In this document: positions 33,677 through 42,788 of the stretch, in pieces
How the letters are laid out: each line of letters begins with the position of its first letter
How positions within the stretch are numbered: the stretch's first letter is position 1
Origin: Spirochaetales bacterium
Lineage (GTDB): Bacteria; Spirochaetota; Spirochaetia; DSM-27196; SLST01
DNA: 64,000 nt
Direction: 5' to 3'
Assembly (NCBI GenBank): GCA_046538735.1
Contig: JBKHII010000002.1
Coordinates: 23,235-87,234 of the forward strand
Program-made: the position numbers and the translations under genes
Notes under the pieces: generated by a model
What the model saw: the letters and a program-made list of their open reading frames with translations, nothing else
The model's database searches: none
Told to the model about the DNA's origin: nothing

Positions 33677-34438
33677 CTACGACACCATCTCGGCCAACCG
33701 CGCGGCGTCGCGCGGCGCCGCGGCCTCCTGATCGTTGTCGAAGTAGAGATAGACGTCCTTGCCGCTGCGCCGCCACGCGGTAATCGCGCCGGTCCAGCCG
33801 GCGAGGTCTTCGCTCGCGTACGACCCTTCGTACCCGGCGCCGGCGCCGTGCAGCCGGACGTAGACGAAGTCGGCGGTGACGACCTTGGGCGAGAGGTGGC
33901 CCGCGAGGTGGTAGATGCAGAAGGCCGCGCCGTGGTCGCGCAGGAGATCGTAGACGCGGTCGTTGTACCAGCTCGGGTCGCGAAACTCGAACGCGTATCG
34001 GTAGCGATCTGGGAGCTCATCCAGAACGGCTGCGAGCCGGTCGGGGTTCGAGCGCCAGTGCGGGGGGAGCTGGAACAGGACGACTTCCAGCGAGTCGCCG
34101 AACGGCGAAATCGAATCGAAGAGGCGATCGAGCGGCTCGGCCGCGTCTTTCAGCTTCTTCATATGCGTGAGATAGCGGCTCGCCTTCACCGAGAAGACGA
34201 ACTCACGGTCGCGGACCTGCGCGGTCCACGCGTCGACCGACTCACGATCCGGCAGTCCGTAGAAGGTGCTGTTCACCTCGACCGTGCGGAAGTGAGCGGC
34301 GTACTCCTTGAGCGTTGCGGGGCGTCCGCCGTAGAATGAACCGACCCAGGAATCGTACTGCCACCCGGAGGTTCCGATGAGCGCGCGTCCTGCCGAGCGG
34401 TCGTCATGCGCCACGAGTCTAACGTACCTCTCGCACAC
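33677..34438 (-). CDS. DUF72 (YecE-like) family protein
   Basis: IGTSGWQYDSWVGSFY, FRTVEVNSTFY, FVFSVKASRYLTH, LFQLPP: the standard DUF72 motif order. The start (GTG 34438 or a downstream GTG) is uncertain. Confidence 0.85.
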   Translation of the reverse strand: MCERYVRLVAHDDRSAGRALIGTSGWQYDSWVGSFYGGRPATLKEYAAHFRTVEVNSTFYGLPDRESVDAWTAQVRDREFVFSVKASRYLTHMKKLKDAAEPLDRLFDSISPFGDSLEVVLFQLPPHWRSNPDRLAAVLDELPDRYRYAFEFRDPSWYNDRVYDLLRDHGAAFCIYHLAGHLSPKVVTADFVYVRLHGAGAGYEGSYASEDLAGWTGAITAWRRSGKDVYLYFDNDQEAAAPRDAARLAEMVS

Positions 34439-34522
34439 CGACCCCGACCAGCACCACGGTCAACTCGGCGACGATGTGGACACGAGACGCGGCCTCTGTC
34501 ACGATGGATTCGGAGGCGCGCA

Positions 34523-35425
34523 ATGGACACGCACGAGCACACGACGGAGGATCCCGGATTCGGCGAGCGCCCGCGGGTCGTCCTGGATACGGACACGTAC
34601 AACGAGATCGACGATCAGTTCGCACTTGCGTACCTCGCGCGAGCGACCGACGCGGCACGGCTGGAGGCGATCTACGCCGCACCTTTTCACAACGATCGAT
34701 CGAACTCACCGGGCGACGGGATGGAGAAGAGCTTCCTCGAGATTCAGCGCCTGCTCGCGCGCCTCGATCTCGAGAGACTGCCGCACTTCCGAGGCTCGGA
34801 CCGGGTTCTCGCGGATCCGGGCGACCGAATCGAGAGCGACGCGGTGCGGGACCTCATCGAGCGCGGGATGAGCGCGACCGCCTCCGAGCGGCTGACGGTG
34901 ATCGCGATCGGAGCCATCACGAACGTCGCGTCGGCCCTGCTCCAGGAGCCCCGGCTCGCCGAGCGGTGCAACGTGATCTGGCTCGGCGGCACGTATCCCT
35001 ACTGGCCGTACAACCAGGAGTTCAACCTGAACGGAGACGTCGCGGCCGCGCAGGTGGTGTTCGACTCCGGCGTACCGCTCTTCGTGATGCCCACCCTCGG
35101 CGTCTCGAGCCACCTCACGACGAGCCGCGAAGAGCTCTCGGCGTACCTGGACCTGGACGACGCGCTCTGCGAGTTCCTCTATCGGCGCTTCGCCGAGTAC
35201 GGCCCCGGCGAGGGCGTCTGGACGAAGGAGATTTGGGACGTCGCCGCCGTGGCGTGGGTCGTTCTCCCGAGCGCGGTACACAGCTTCCGGATACCGGCGC
35301 CGAGAGTGGCGGAGGACGGCTCGTACGTGCACGATCCTCGGCGACATCTGTGCCGGTTCGCCTACGGGCTCGACCGCGACGCGATCTACCGGGACATGTA
35401 CCGTAGGTTGGCTCCAGCGACATGA
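34523..35425 (+). CDS. inosine/uridine-preferring nucleoside hydrolase family protein
   Basis: VVLDTDTYNEIDDQFALAYL (DxDxxxDD fingerprint), VIAIGAITNVA. GGAGG Shine-Dalgarno. The stop overlaps the next gene's ATG (ATGA). Confidence 0.85.
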   Translation: MDTHEHTTEDPGFGERPRVVLDTDTYNEIDDQFALAYLARATDAARLEAIYAAPFHNDRSNSPGDGMEKSFLEIQRLLARLDLERLPHFRGSDRVLADPGDRIESDAVRDLIERGMSATASERLTVIAIGAITNVASALLQEPRLAERCNVIWLGGTYPYWPYNQEFNLNGDVAAAQVVFDSGVPLFVMPTLGVSSHLTTSREELSAYLDLDDALCEFLYRRFAEYGPGEGVWTKEIWDVAAVAWVVLPSAVHSFRIPAPRVAEDGSYVHDPRRHLCRFAYGLDRDAIYRDMYRRLAPAT

Positions 35426-36972
35426 ACTACGACGTAGCGATCGTGGGGGCCGGCATCGCCGGCCAGGTCTGCGCGAACTACCTCGCGCGAGAAGGCCGCA
35501 ACGTGATCATGCTCGAGCAGAATCACCACGCGGGCGGCAACATGTCCGGCTTCGAGCGCAAGGGCTTCTCCTTCGACGGTGGAGACCAATCGTTCGAGAG
35601 CCTGGGCATCGTCCTTCCGATCCTTCGCGACCTGATCGGCGTGGGACCGGACGACTTCGTCAAGGCTCGCTACCGAATGGTCTCGGACGACTTCGACTTC
35701 TTCGTCGAGTCACCCGAGCAAGTGGAGCACGAGCTCCAGTCTGCCTTCCCGAACGAACCGGGAATCGCGCCGCTGTTCCGCGAGATCAAGGAGGTGTCGC
35801 GCTTCCTCGGCGCGAACTACGATCCCTGGGACTTCCCGCTCCTCAACCGGACGGGCTTCTCGAGTCTGGGCCGAATCTCGCCGTGGCTGCCCAAGCTCAA
35901 GAAGTGGTCGACCTTCCGCTACCGCGAGAAGGCGTGTTCGGTCGTACGCGACCCGGGCCTGCGCACCTGGTTCACACAGGTCGGCTACTACCGCATGCCC
36001 TACCTCTTCTTCGCCGGGTTCTGGCATATCTGGTCGTACGACTACTGGTATCCCCTCGGCGGAATGCAGCGTCTTCACGACCGGCTGACCGAGCAGTTCC
36101 GGGAGCACGGAGGCACGGCCCGGTTCAACACGGAGGTGGAGAAGATCGACGTTGACTCCCGGAGCGGCCGGGCGTGCGGGGTCGTCACCGCGGACGGCGA
36201 GCGCATCGGCGCGGACACCGTGGTGTACGCCGCGGACTATCGTCGGCTCGTCAACACGATCCTCGGCCCCGACCACTTCGCTCCCCGGTTCGTGAAGCGC
36301 GTGAACAACGCCCGCCTCACGGAGGAGATCCTCGGCGTCTACCTCGGACTCTCCATGAGCAACGACGAGTTGAGCGGCCACCTCGGCGGGGCGCAGCACC
36401 CGTTCTACTTCCCCAACTACAACGTCATCTTCCCGGAACCGAGCTCGCCGGAAGACGTCCATCGCAGTATGTGGGTCGCGCTCAACCACTTCGGGGCAGA
36501 GAGTCCCTCCGCGCCGGAAGGGAAGTCCACGCTCACGCTCCAGACGTACAGCTCGTATCGGTGGCAGAACTACTGGCGGAACAACGGCGAATCGCACCGG
36601 CGTACGGCCGAGTATCGGGAGTTCAAGCAGAAGGTCGGGATGGAGCTGGTGGAGCTCGCCGAACATCTCGTGCCGGGATTGCGCGACCGCATTGAGTACA
36701 TGGAGGTCGGCACGCCGCTCTCGATCGAGCGCTTCTCCCGGAACACGAACGGTTCGACCGGCGGGTGGTGCTACGACGACCAGGTGTCGCCGGTGTGGCG
36801 CTTCCCGAACCTGAACCGGATCAAGACGCGCGTACCGAACGTCCTCGCGGCGGGGCACTACGCGCTGTGGCCCGGAGGCGTGATCTCGGCGTCGCTCTGC
36901 GGGCGGCTCGTCGCGAACATGCTCAACGGCCGTTCCGCGCTCGCCCACCTCGGGGAGCCTACGACACGGTGA
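35422..36972 (+). CDS. phytoene-desaturase-family (CrtI-like) FAD-dependent oxidoreductase
   Basis: YDVAIVGAGIAGQVCANYLAREGRNVIMLEQNHHAGG dinucleotide fold, 516 aa, C-terminal ...AAGHYALWPGG. Confidence 0.85.
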   Translation: MNYDVAIVGAGIAGQVCANYLAREGRNVIMLEQNHHAGGNMSGFERKGFSFDGGDQSFESLGIVLPILRDLIGVGPDDFVKARYRMVSDDFDFFVESPEQVEHELQSAFPNEPGIAPLFREIKEVSRFLGANYDPWDFPLLNRTGFSSLGRISPWLPKLKKWSTFRYREKACSVVRDPGLRTWFTQVGYYRMPYLFFAGFWHIWSYDYWYPLGGMQRLHDRLTEQFREHGGTARFNTEVEKIDVDSRSGRACGVVTADGERIGADTVVYAADYRRLVNTILGPDHFAPRFVKRVNNARLTEEILGVYLGLSMSNDELSGHLGGAQHPFYFPNYNVIFPEPSSPEDVHRSMWVALNHFGAESPSAPEGKSTLTLQTYSSYRWQNYWRNNGESHRRTAEYREFKQKVGMELVELAEHLVPGLRDRIEYMEVGTPLSIERFSRNTNGSTGGWCYDDQVSPVWRFPNLNRIKTRVPNVLAAGHYALWPGGVISASLCGRLVANMLNGRSALAHLGEPTTR

Positions 36973-37708
36973 TGCGACCCAGAATATCGATGACGCCGCG
37001 CACGTCCGCGTGCGGCGACACGTAGTCTGCACGCGCCTTGACGTCCGCAGTGGCGTTGGCGGGTACGGCGAAGAAGGCCGCTTCCTCCCGAAGCGGGAGG
37101 TCGCCGGCCGTGTCTCCGATCGCGGCAATCTCCTCGCGCGCGACCCCGATCTCCGACACGAGCTGCCGCAGCGCGCTTCCCTTCGTGACGCCGGACAGCG
37201 AGATGTTCAGATAGTAGTGACTCGAACCGATCTCGATCGCCTCGTCGCCGAACCGTCTCACAAACGCGCGAATCTCATCGGCCAACGGAGCGAGTCGGTC
37301 GGGATTCTCGGAAAAGAGACTGAGGTGCGCCTCCTTGCCGAACTGATAGGAGGCGTACGGACACCTCGGGACGAGGTCGTGAACGATGAACCGCTTGATT
37401 TCCCGAAGCTGCGACAGCCCTTCTTCGGTCACTCCGGGACCGAAGCGGCACCGATTGTCGTGCAGCGTGTAGATCACCGCACCGCTCTCGCAGATCGCGG
37501 GGAACCGCACGTCCAGGAGCTTCATGAGCACTTCCACGTACGGCTGCGGACGACCGGTACAGAGTACGAGCGGCAACGGCGCGCCACCCTCTCGGCCGCG
37601 CACGAGCGCCGCGAGACGGCCGAACGCGGCAAGGTCCCACGCTGCGGACTCCTCCGGCGCGATACAACCATCAACGTCCGAGACGATGAGCTTGTACGGA
37701 CCACTCAC
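36959..37708 (-). CDS. HAD-IIB (Cof-type) phosphatase
   Basis: LIVSDVDGCI (motif I), LCTGRP (motif II), KGSAL, AIGDTAGDLPL (motif IV). GTG start overlaps the upstream stop (GTGA). Confidence 0.8.
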   Translation of the reverse strand: MSGPYKLIVSDVDGCIAPEESAAWDLAAFGRLAALVRGREGGAPLPLVLCTGRPQPYVEVLMKLLDVRFPAICESGAVIYTLHDNRCRFGPGVTEEGLSQLREIKRFIVHDLVPRCPYASYQFGKEAHLSLFSENPDRLAPLADEIRAFVRRFGDEAIEIGSSHYYLNISLSGVTKGSALRQLVSEIGVAREEIAAIGDTAGDLPLREEAAFFAVPANATADVKARADYVSPHADVRGVIDILGRITVS

Positions 37709-38700
37709 TCCGTCTGCTCCTGCACCTGCTCGGTGGCGCCACCCGCGAGCCACGGAACGATCGCGGAGGTCCGCTGCCGGTACTCGGTATACCGCGGGTA
37801 GCGCGCGCCGGAGATCGACTCCGTGAACCACGTTGAGCCCACGAAGAGGAGCGTGAGAAGGAGCACACCGAGGCCGCTCCACTGAACGAGCTCGCCGGAC
37901 GCGACGACGGCGAGCAGGTAGAGCGTCCACCAGACGGCGAGCTCCCCGAAGTAGTTCGGATGGCGACTGTACCGGAAGAGGCCGTGCGTCAGAAAGCCGC
38001 GTTCGAGATCGGCTTCCAGCCGCGCACGGCGCGTGCCGGCATCGGGGCCCATCCAGGCCGGGGGCGGATTGGCCGGAATGGCCCCGTGCTTGACGTTCTG
38101 GAAGACCCACTGCTGCTGATCGGCGACGGTCTCGTACGCGAGAAAAAGCAGGAAGAGCGCCACGGCTGCGAGCGTCGTCGCGGGCGAGAGCGGCGCCGAA
38201 ATGGTCGCGAGCCGATGAACCGGCATAGTGAAGAGCACGAACAGAAGAATCTGATACCCGCAGATGAAGAGCAGGTTGAAAAGCTGCCACACGAGCGGAC
38301 TCTTCATGCGGTTCCGGAGGATCGGCCACCGGTAGTCTTCCATCGTGGTGTACCCGCCCCGTCGTGCGAAGTTGTACGTGAGCCGCAAGCCCCATGCGGA
38401 CACGAGGAGCGCGGCAACGGTTGGCGCGGGTGCGAGATCGGCGCGCACGGCGTGAATCCAGGCGAAGAGAACCGGGGCGGTGCTCCAGAGCCGATCGACC
38501 CACGAATAGTCGCCGGTGACCGCGCCGAGCAGATACGATGCCGGCGCGAAGCCCACGGCGATCGTAGCTACGACGACGAGCGGATGCATCGAGAAGAAGA
38601 ACGCACCCACGGACGGCAGGTCCACGACGACGGCTCCCGCCCACAGCGAGCCAACGGCTGCGAGCGGATAGATGACGAGGAAGAGCAGCAGCTTCTTCAT
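37705..38700 (-). CDS. DUF1295 / steroid 5-alpha-reductase-superfamily membrane protein
   Basis: Polytopic. C-terminal GLFRYSRHPNYFGELAVWW motif is characteristic of DUF1295 and the ICMT-like reductase superfamily. Confidence 0.8.
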   Translation of the reverse strand: MKKLLLFLVIYPLAAVGSLWAGAVVVDLPSVGAFFFSMHPLVVVATIAVGFAPASYLLGAVTGDYSWVDRLWSTAPVLFAWIHAVRADLAPAPTVAALLVSAWGLRLTYNFARRGGYTTMEDYRWPILRNRMKSPLVWQLFNLLFICGYQILLFVLFTMPVHRLATISAPLSPATTLAAVALFLLFLAYETVADQQQWVFQNVKHGAIPANPPPAWMGPDAGTRRARLEADLERGFLTHGLFRYSRHPNYFGELAVWWTLYLLAVVASGELVQWSGLGVLLLTLLFVGSTWFTESISGARYPRYTEYRQRTSAIVPWLAGGATEQVQEQTE

Positions 38701-38783
38701 GCGAGATACTCTACCACCGAGCCGTGCAAGCGAACAGAGTCACGCGCTTGCTATGACTGCACCGGCCGTGTATCTTGCGCCTC

Positions 38784-39494
38784 ATGAGCAATGCCAGACC
38801 GTTCGAGTCCAACGGGATGCGGGCCTACATCGTGCTCGCGTCGATCTTCACCGGAGCCATCGTCGCGGCGAACCTGATGGGAACGAAGGTGATCCCCTTC
38901 TTCTCGATCGGCGGCTTCCAGTTCACGGGATCGGTCGGGATCTTCCTGTTCCCGCTCACCTTCCTCATTACGGACATCGTGGCCGAAGTGTACGGACCGC
39001 GCGCAACGCGAGCCATCGTTACCGGCACGCTCATCGTGCTCGCAGCCGTGCTTGCGGTCACCGCGCTCGCGACGGTGCTGCGGCCCGCCGCTCGGTTCGC
39101 TCAGCAGAACGACGCGTACGTCGCGGTATTCCGGAGCTCGCTGCGAATCCTGTTCGCGAGCATCGTGGGATTCAGCTTCTCGCAGTACCACGACGTGTGG
39201 GCGTTCGAGTTTTGGAAGAAGAAGACGAACGGTAAGTTCCTCTGGCTCCGGAACAACGCCTCAACGATCGTCAGTCAACTCATCGATACGGTCGTCTTCA
39301 TGCTCATCGCCTTCTGGGGAACGAACGAGCGATTCACGCTCGCGTTCGTGCTCGGCAGCATGGTACCGCCGTACTATCTCCTCAAGGTGCTCGCGGCGTT
39401 CGCGGATACTCCGCTCGTGTACCTGGGCGTCTCGATGTTGAAGAAGGCAGGAGTCGGACCGCTCGACCCGACTCCGAAGCCGGAAGCAGCCTAG
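38784..39494 (+). CDS. yhhQ: queuosine-precursor transporter (YhhQ/DUF165, VUT family)
   Basis: FLFPLTFLITDIVAEVYG, FSQYHDVWAFEFWKK, LWLRNNASTIVSQLIDTVVF. Start ATG 38784 (TTG 38775 and ATG 38817 are alternatives). Confidence 0.8.
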   Translation: MSNARPFESNGMRAYIVLASIFTGAIVAANLMGTKVIPFFSIGGFQFTGSVGIFLFPLTFLITDIVAEVYGPRATRAIVTGTLIVLAAVLAVTALATVLRPAARFAQQNDAYVAVFRSSLRILFASIVGFSFSQYHDVWAFEFWKKKTNGKFLWLRNNASTIVSQLIDTVVFMLIAFWGTNERFTLAFVLGSMVPPYYLLKVLAAFADTPLVYLGVSMLKKAGVGPLDPTPKPEAA

Positions 39495-40180
39495 TCGTTG
39501 TTGTTCTGTTTCTCCACGCGGCGGAACTGGTCCGCCCATCGGACGAAGGCGGGTGTCTTGCGCGTCTGGATCCAGACCTTGCCCGAACCGGTGAAGCGGC
39601 AGACGAGTCCTTCGCCGGAGAAGAAGACGCTCTTCAGTCCGGCAACACCTCGCACGTCGTACGAGAGCCCTTCCGTGAATCCCACGATGTGCCCCGTGTC
39701 CACGACGTAGTTGTCCGTGACGTCGATCTCGATCATTGCACCGAAGGTGTTGAACCAGAGATCGCCGCTTCCCGTGCAGCGGATCATGAAGAGCTTCTCG
39801 CCTGAGAAGAATCCCTTGAATCCCTGGAACTCGGGCTGCACGTCCAGGTCGGGGCTCGAGGCGAGATACGAGGAGTTCTGGAGGTAGATCGTCTCGTTCT
39901 CCAGGTAGACGTGCAGCAGGTCGCCGGGCGTCCCGGGCGCGATGCCGATCTCGCCACTCGTCTCGTTCGCGGTGAACTCGTTGATGAAAAGCTTCTCACC
40001 GGAAATCATGCGCTTGAGACCGCCCTTCATGCGCGTCTTCATCGCGAGCGACGAGTCCATGTACGCCATCGCGGACGCCTCGACCCGGAGCATCCGGCCG
40101 GCCGGTATGGTCACGTTCGCGATTCCGTAGTCGGGACGGGAAGAGATCGTGTGCGGATAATCGGTTCTATCAAAGTTCAT
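39491..40180 (-). CDS. AIM24/DUF124 (TIGR00266-like) family protein, paralog 3 of 3
   Basis: LRVEASAMAYMDSSL, GEKLFINEFT, LQNSSYLASS, FFSGEGLVCRFTGSGKVWIQT: shared family pattern with the two upstream genes. Confidence 0.8.
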   Translation of the reverse strand: MNFDRTDYPHTISSRPDYGIANVTIPAGRMLRVEASAMAYMDSSLAMKTRMKGGLKRMISGEKLFINEFTANETSGEIGIAPGTPGDLLHVYLENETIYLQNSSYLASSPDLDVQPEFQGFKGFFSGEKLFMIRCTGSGDLWFNTFGAMIEIDVTDNYVVDTGHIVGFTEGLSYDVRGVAGLKSVFFSGEGLVCRFTGSGKVWIQTRKTPAFVRWADQFRRVEKQNNND

Positions 40181-40190
40181 CGTCTCCTCC

Positions 40191-40883
40191 TCAGTTCTTC
40201 TTGGGCGTGAGATGGGGCGTCAGCTTCGCACCGAATACGCGATCCGCGTGTGTCTGACACCATACGGTCCCGCTCCCGCTGAATCGGCAGACCAGACCCT
40301 CGCCGCCTGCGATCGCCGTTCCCCAGCTCTTCCCGGCTTTCGTGATCGTGAAGTCGAGCGACGTGGTGAACGCGGCGATGTTTCCGGTATCCACGACGTA
40401 TTCGCCGTTCACCTGCACCGGATAGATCGCTCCGAACGCGTTGATGACGACCTTGCCGCGACCGGAAAGCTCGAGCCAGATCAGGCTCTCGCCGGAGACC
40501 ACGTTCTTGAGCCCGCCCCACTTGATGTTCAGATCCACACCGCTCTCGTGCGCCACGAAGGAGCTGTTCTGCACCTGCAAGGTCGTTGACCCGTCGAGCT
40601 CGATCACTTCCATGTCGCCGGGAAGCGTCGTCGCGAGGTAGATCTCGCCGCCCCGGCTCCCTGCGGTGAAGTAGTTCATGAAGATCCCTTCGCCGCCGAG
40701 CCGCCGGGCGAGCCCCTTGAGCAGGCCTCCCCCTCCCTTCTCGTTCTTCCGGATCCGGGTATCCACGCTCATGTCGTCCGACATCGCGATCATCGCCCCG
40801 CCCTCGGCGGTGAGCGTCTCCCCGGGGCCGAGCATGACCTTTGCCGCCGCATTGGACGGGCGTGAAAGCACTTCAACGTTCAT
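40191..40883 (-). CDS. AIM24/DUF124 (TIGR00266-like) family protein, paralog 2 of 3
   Basis: LTAEGGAMIAMSDDM, GEGIFMNYFT, VQNSSFVAHE, IAGGEGLVCRFSGSGTVWCQT. 10-nt gap to the next gene. Confidence 0.8.
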   Translation of the reverse strand: MNVEVLSRPSNAAAKVMLGPGETLTAEGGAMIAMSDDMSVDTRIRKNEKGGGGLLKGLARRLGGEGIFMNYFTAGSRGGEIYLATTLPGDMEVIELDGSTTLQVQNSSFVAHESGVDLNIKWGGLKNVVSGESLIWLELSGRGKVVINAFGAIYPVQVNGEYVVDTGNIAAFTTSLDFTITKAGKSWGTAIAGGEGLVCRFSGSGTVWCQTHADRVFGAKLTPHLTPKKN

Positions 40884-40892
40884 CTCGACCTC

Positions 40893-41558
40893 CTACCGGA
40901 ACTTCGGGTTGAGCCACGCCGCGAGGCCTCGGACGCTCCGCGTCTGGATGTACGCGGTCCCGTTTCCAACGAGCCGCGTCACGAGCCCTTCGCCGCCGAA
41001 GAGACTCGAGAAGAAGCCGCCGGCCATCGCGATCTTCAGCTTGAGCGAGGGGTCGTACGCCACGAGGTGACCGTCATCCACCTTCAGCTCGCCCCGCACC
41101 TCGCGCTTCAGCATGCCGCCGTACGCGCCGTACCAGAGTGTGCCGCTCCCGGACGCTTTGAGCTTCACGAGCCCTTCGCCCAATACCCAGGACGCGAATC
41201 CCGCCCACGCGGTGGTGAGCTTCACGTTCCCTGCGTGCGCGAGATACGCGCCCTTCTGGAGACAGATCTCCTGCCCTTCTCTCAGGGACAGCTCCACGAT
41301 CTCTCCCGGCACGTCTTGCGCGATCGTGACCCGCCGCGGACCCGACGAGCCGTTGGAGAAGCGGTTCACGAAGAACGACTCCCCTCCAAACAGCTTCTTC
41401 CCGAGCGCCGAGAAGAAACTGCCGTTCGTCACGGCCTTCATGTCCAACTCGGGCGACATCGATTGCATCGCGCCGGCCTCGACCGTCAGCTCTTCGCCGG
41501 GCGAGATATCAACGTGCACATGGCTGAACGACGGACTGCCAAGAATCTCCGTTCTCAT
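40893..41558 (-). CDS. AIM24/DUF124 (TIGR00266-like) family protein, paralog 1 of 3
   Basis: LTVEAGAMQSMSPEL, GESFFVNRFS, LQKGAYLAHA, LFGGEGLVTRLVGNGTAYIQT. The ATG at 41558 is preceded by GGAGAGG. Confidence 0.8.
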   Translation of the reverse strand: MRTEILGSPSFSHVHVDISPGEELTVEAGAMQSMSPELDMKAVTNGSFFSALGKKLFGGESFFVNRFSNGSSGPRRVTIAQDVPGEIVELSLREGQEICLQKGAYLAHAGNVKLTTAWAGFASWVLGEGLVKLKASGSGTLWYGAYGGMLKREVRGELKVDDGHLVAYDPSLKLKIAMAGGFFSSLFGGEGLVTRLVGNGTAYIQTRSVRGLAAWLNPKFR

Positions 41559-41602
41559 GGACCTCTCCTTCCATTGCTTCGTTCGACAGATGCCTGCAGC
41601 GG

Positions 41603-41630
41603 ATTCTACCATGCCGACCGCACGGATCAA
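41603..41630 (-). promoter_or_regulatory. candidate promoter of the AIM24 triplet (TTGATC-16-TGgTAGAAT, extended -10)
   Basis: On the minus strand: TTGATC (41630-41625), 16 nt, TAGAAT (41608-41603) preceded by TGg. It lies about 45 nt upstream of the ATG at 41558. Confidence 0.45.
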
Positions 41631-41698
41631 GGAGAATAGCCTCGGCGCCGATCCTGAGCGGCAAGACACGCTCCCGCGAAGGTGATACGGTCTCCCAC

Positions 41699-42679
41699 GT
41701 GACACCGCTGCACCATCGCTCTGCCCGCCGATCGGCTTCCATCGTTCCCACGCGCAGCCGTGCCCGGACGCTCGTGGTCCTCCTCACGGCGCCGCTCCTC
41801 GCGACAACGGCGCTCTCGGGATGCGCCGGCACCCCGCCCACCGTGGAGAGCTACCCGGAATGGAGCGCTCGCCGCATGAAGCTCAACGAGATCGAGGTCC
41901 ACTACTTCGATTTCTTCGCGCAGGAGCCCGCGACCCCGGTCGTGTGGATCCACGGCTACTCGGGATGCGCCTTCGAAACCTATTTCGTCAAGGACCATCT
42001 CGCCCCGCGGCGCCGGCTCATCGCGCCCGACCTCCCCGGCAACGGCTACTCGGACAAGCCGGACATCGACTACACGCTCGAGTACTACGTCGGCTTTCTT
42101 CATGACTTCATCGGCGAGCTCGGGCTGGACGAGTACATCCTGGTCGGCCATTCGATGGGCGGCCTCATCGCATCAGCGTTCGCCGCCGAGCATCCGATCG
42201 GTCTGGAACGGCTCGTGCTCGTCGCGCCGTTCGGACTCGAAGGAGAGGCGGGTCCCGTGCTCGACTTCCTCGCGCGAACCGGGTTTCTCGTGGACGCCGG
42301 CCTGCAGCTCCACAACGAGACGATCCTGGGAATCGCGATCCGCGCCAACGTCTTCCACGAGCCCGACCGCATTCCGGACGACCTCGTCAACTATCTCGCG
42401 GTCGGCACCTTCCACACCGAGAACGGCGTGGAAGCGATCGCCAACGTCACGCAGAACATCATCGGCGTCACGCACGACCCGTCGATCCTGGAAGAGGTCC
42501 TGGTACCCACGCTCATCGTGTGGGGATCCCAGGATCGCATCCTCGAGTACCGCTTCGCGACCGAGTTCGACCGCCTCATCCCGAACAGCTACCTCCAGAC
42601 GGTCCCGGACTGCGGCCACATGCCTCACGTGGAGCTGCCCGAGGTCACGGGAGCGATCATGAGCATCTTCCTGAAGTAG
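41699..42679 (+). CDS. alpha/beta-fold hydrolase lipoprotein
   Basis: Lipobox TTALSGC after a hydrophobic signal. HGYSG oxyanion region, nucleophile elbow GHSMGG, C-terminal CGHMPH. GTG start. Confidence 0.85.
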   Translation: MTPLHHRSARRSASIVPTRSRARTLVVLLTAPLLATTALSGCAGTPPTVESYPEWSARRMKLNEIEVHYFDFFAQEPATPVVWIHGYSGCAFETYFVKDHLAPRRRLIAPDLPGNGYSDKPDIDYTLEYYVGFLHDFIGELGLDEYILVGHSMGGLIASAFAAEHPIGLERLVLVAPFGLEGEAGPVLDFLARTGFLVDAGLQLHNETILGIAIRANVFHEPDRIPDDLVNYLAVGTFHTENGVEAIANVTQNIIGVTHDPSILEEVLVPTLIVWGSQDRILEYRFATEFDRLIPNSYLQTVPDCGHMPHVELPEVTGAIMSIFLK

Positions 42680-42753
42680 ATCGACGTCGTACTCGCGGCC
42701 TCCGCTCGTCCCGGCGTCGTGGACTCGCTTCCACCGAAAGGGCGGCCGACTAC

Positions 42754-42782
42754 TTGACAAATACTTAATTCGCTTTAATATT
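42754..42782 (+). promoter_or_regulatory. candidate promoter (TTGACA-17-AATATT) placed for a leaderless XRE-cupin transcript
   Basis: TTGACA at 42754-42759 and AATATT at 42777-42782. Only 6 nt lie between the -10 and the ATG at 42789, and there is no Shine-Dalgarno. Confidence 0.35.
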
Positions 42783-42788
42783 TACTCA

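Noticed and set aside
38701-38783. Possible preQ1 riboswitch upstream of the yhhQ-like queuosine-precursor transporter. The region holds a small hairpin, GCAAGCG...CGCTTGC.
   Set aside because: The region lacks the conserved preQ1-I/II core sequences I can recall and is only about 80 nt, shared with a divergent gene start. The hairpin alone is not diagnostic. A covariance-model scan would settle it.
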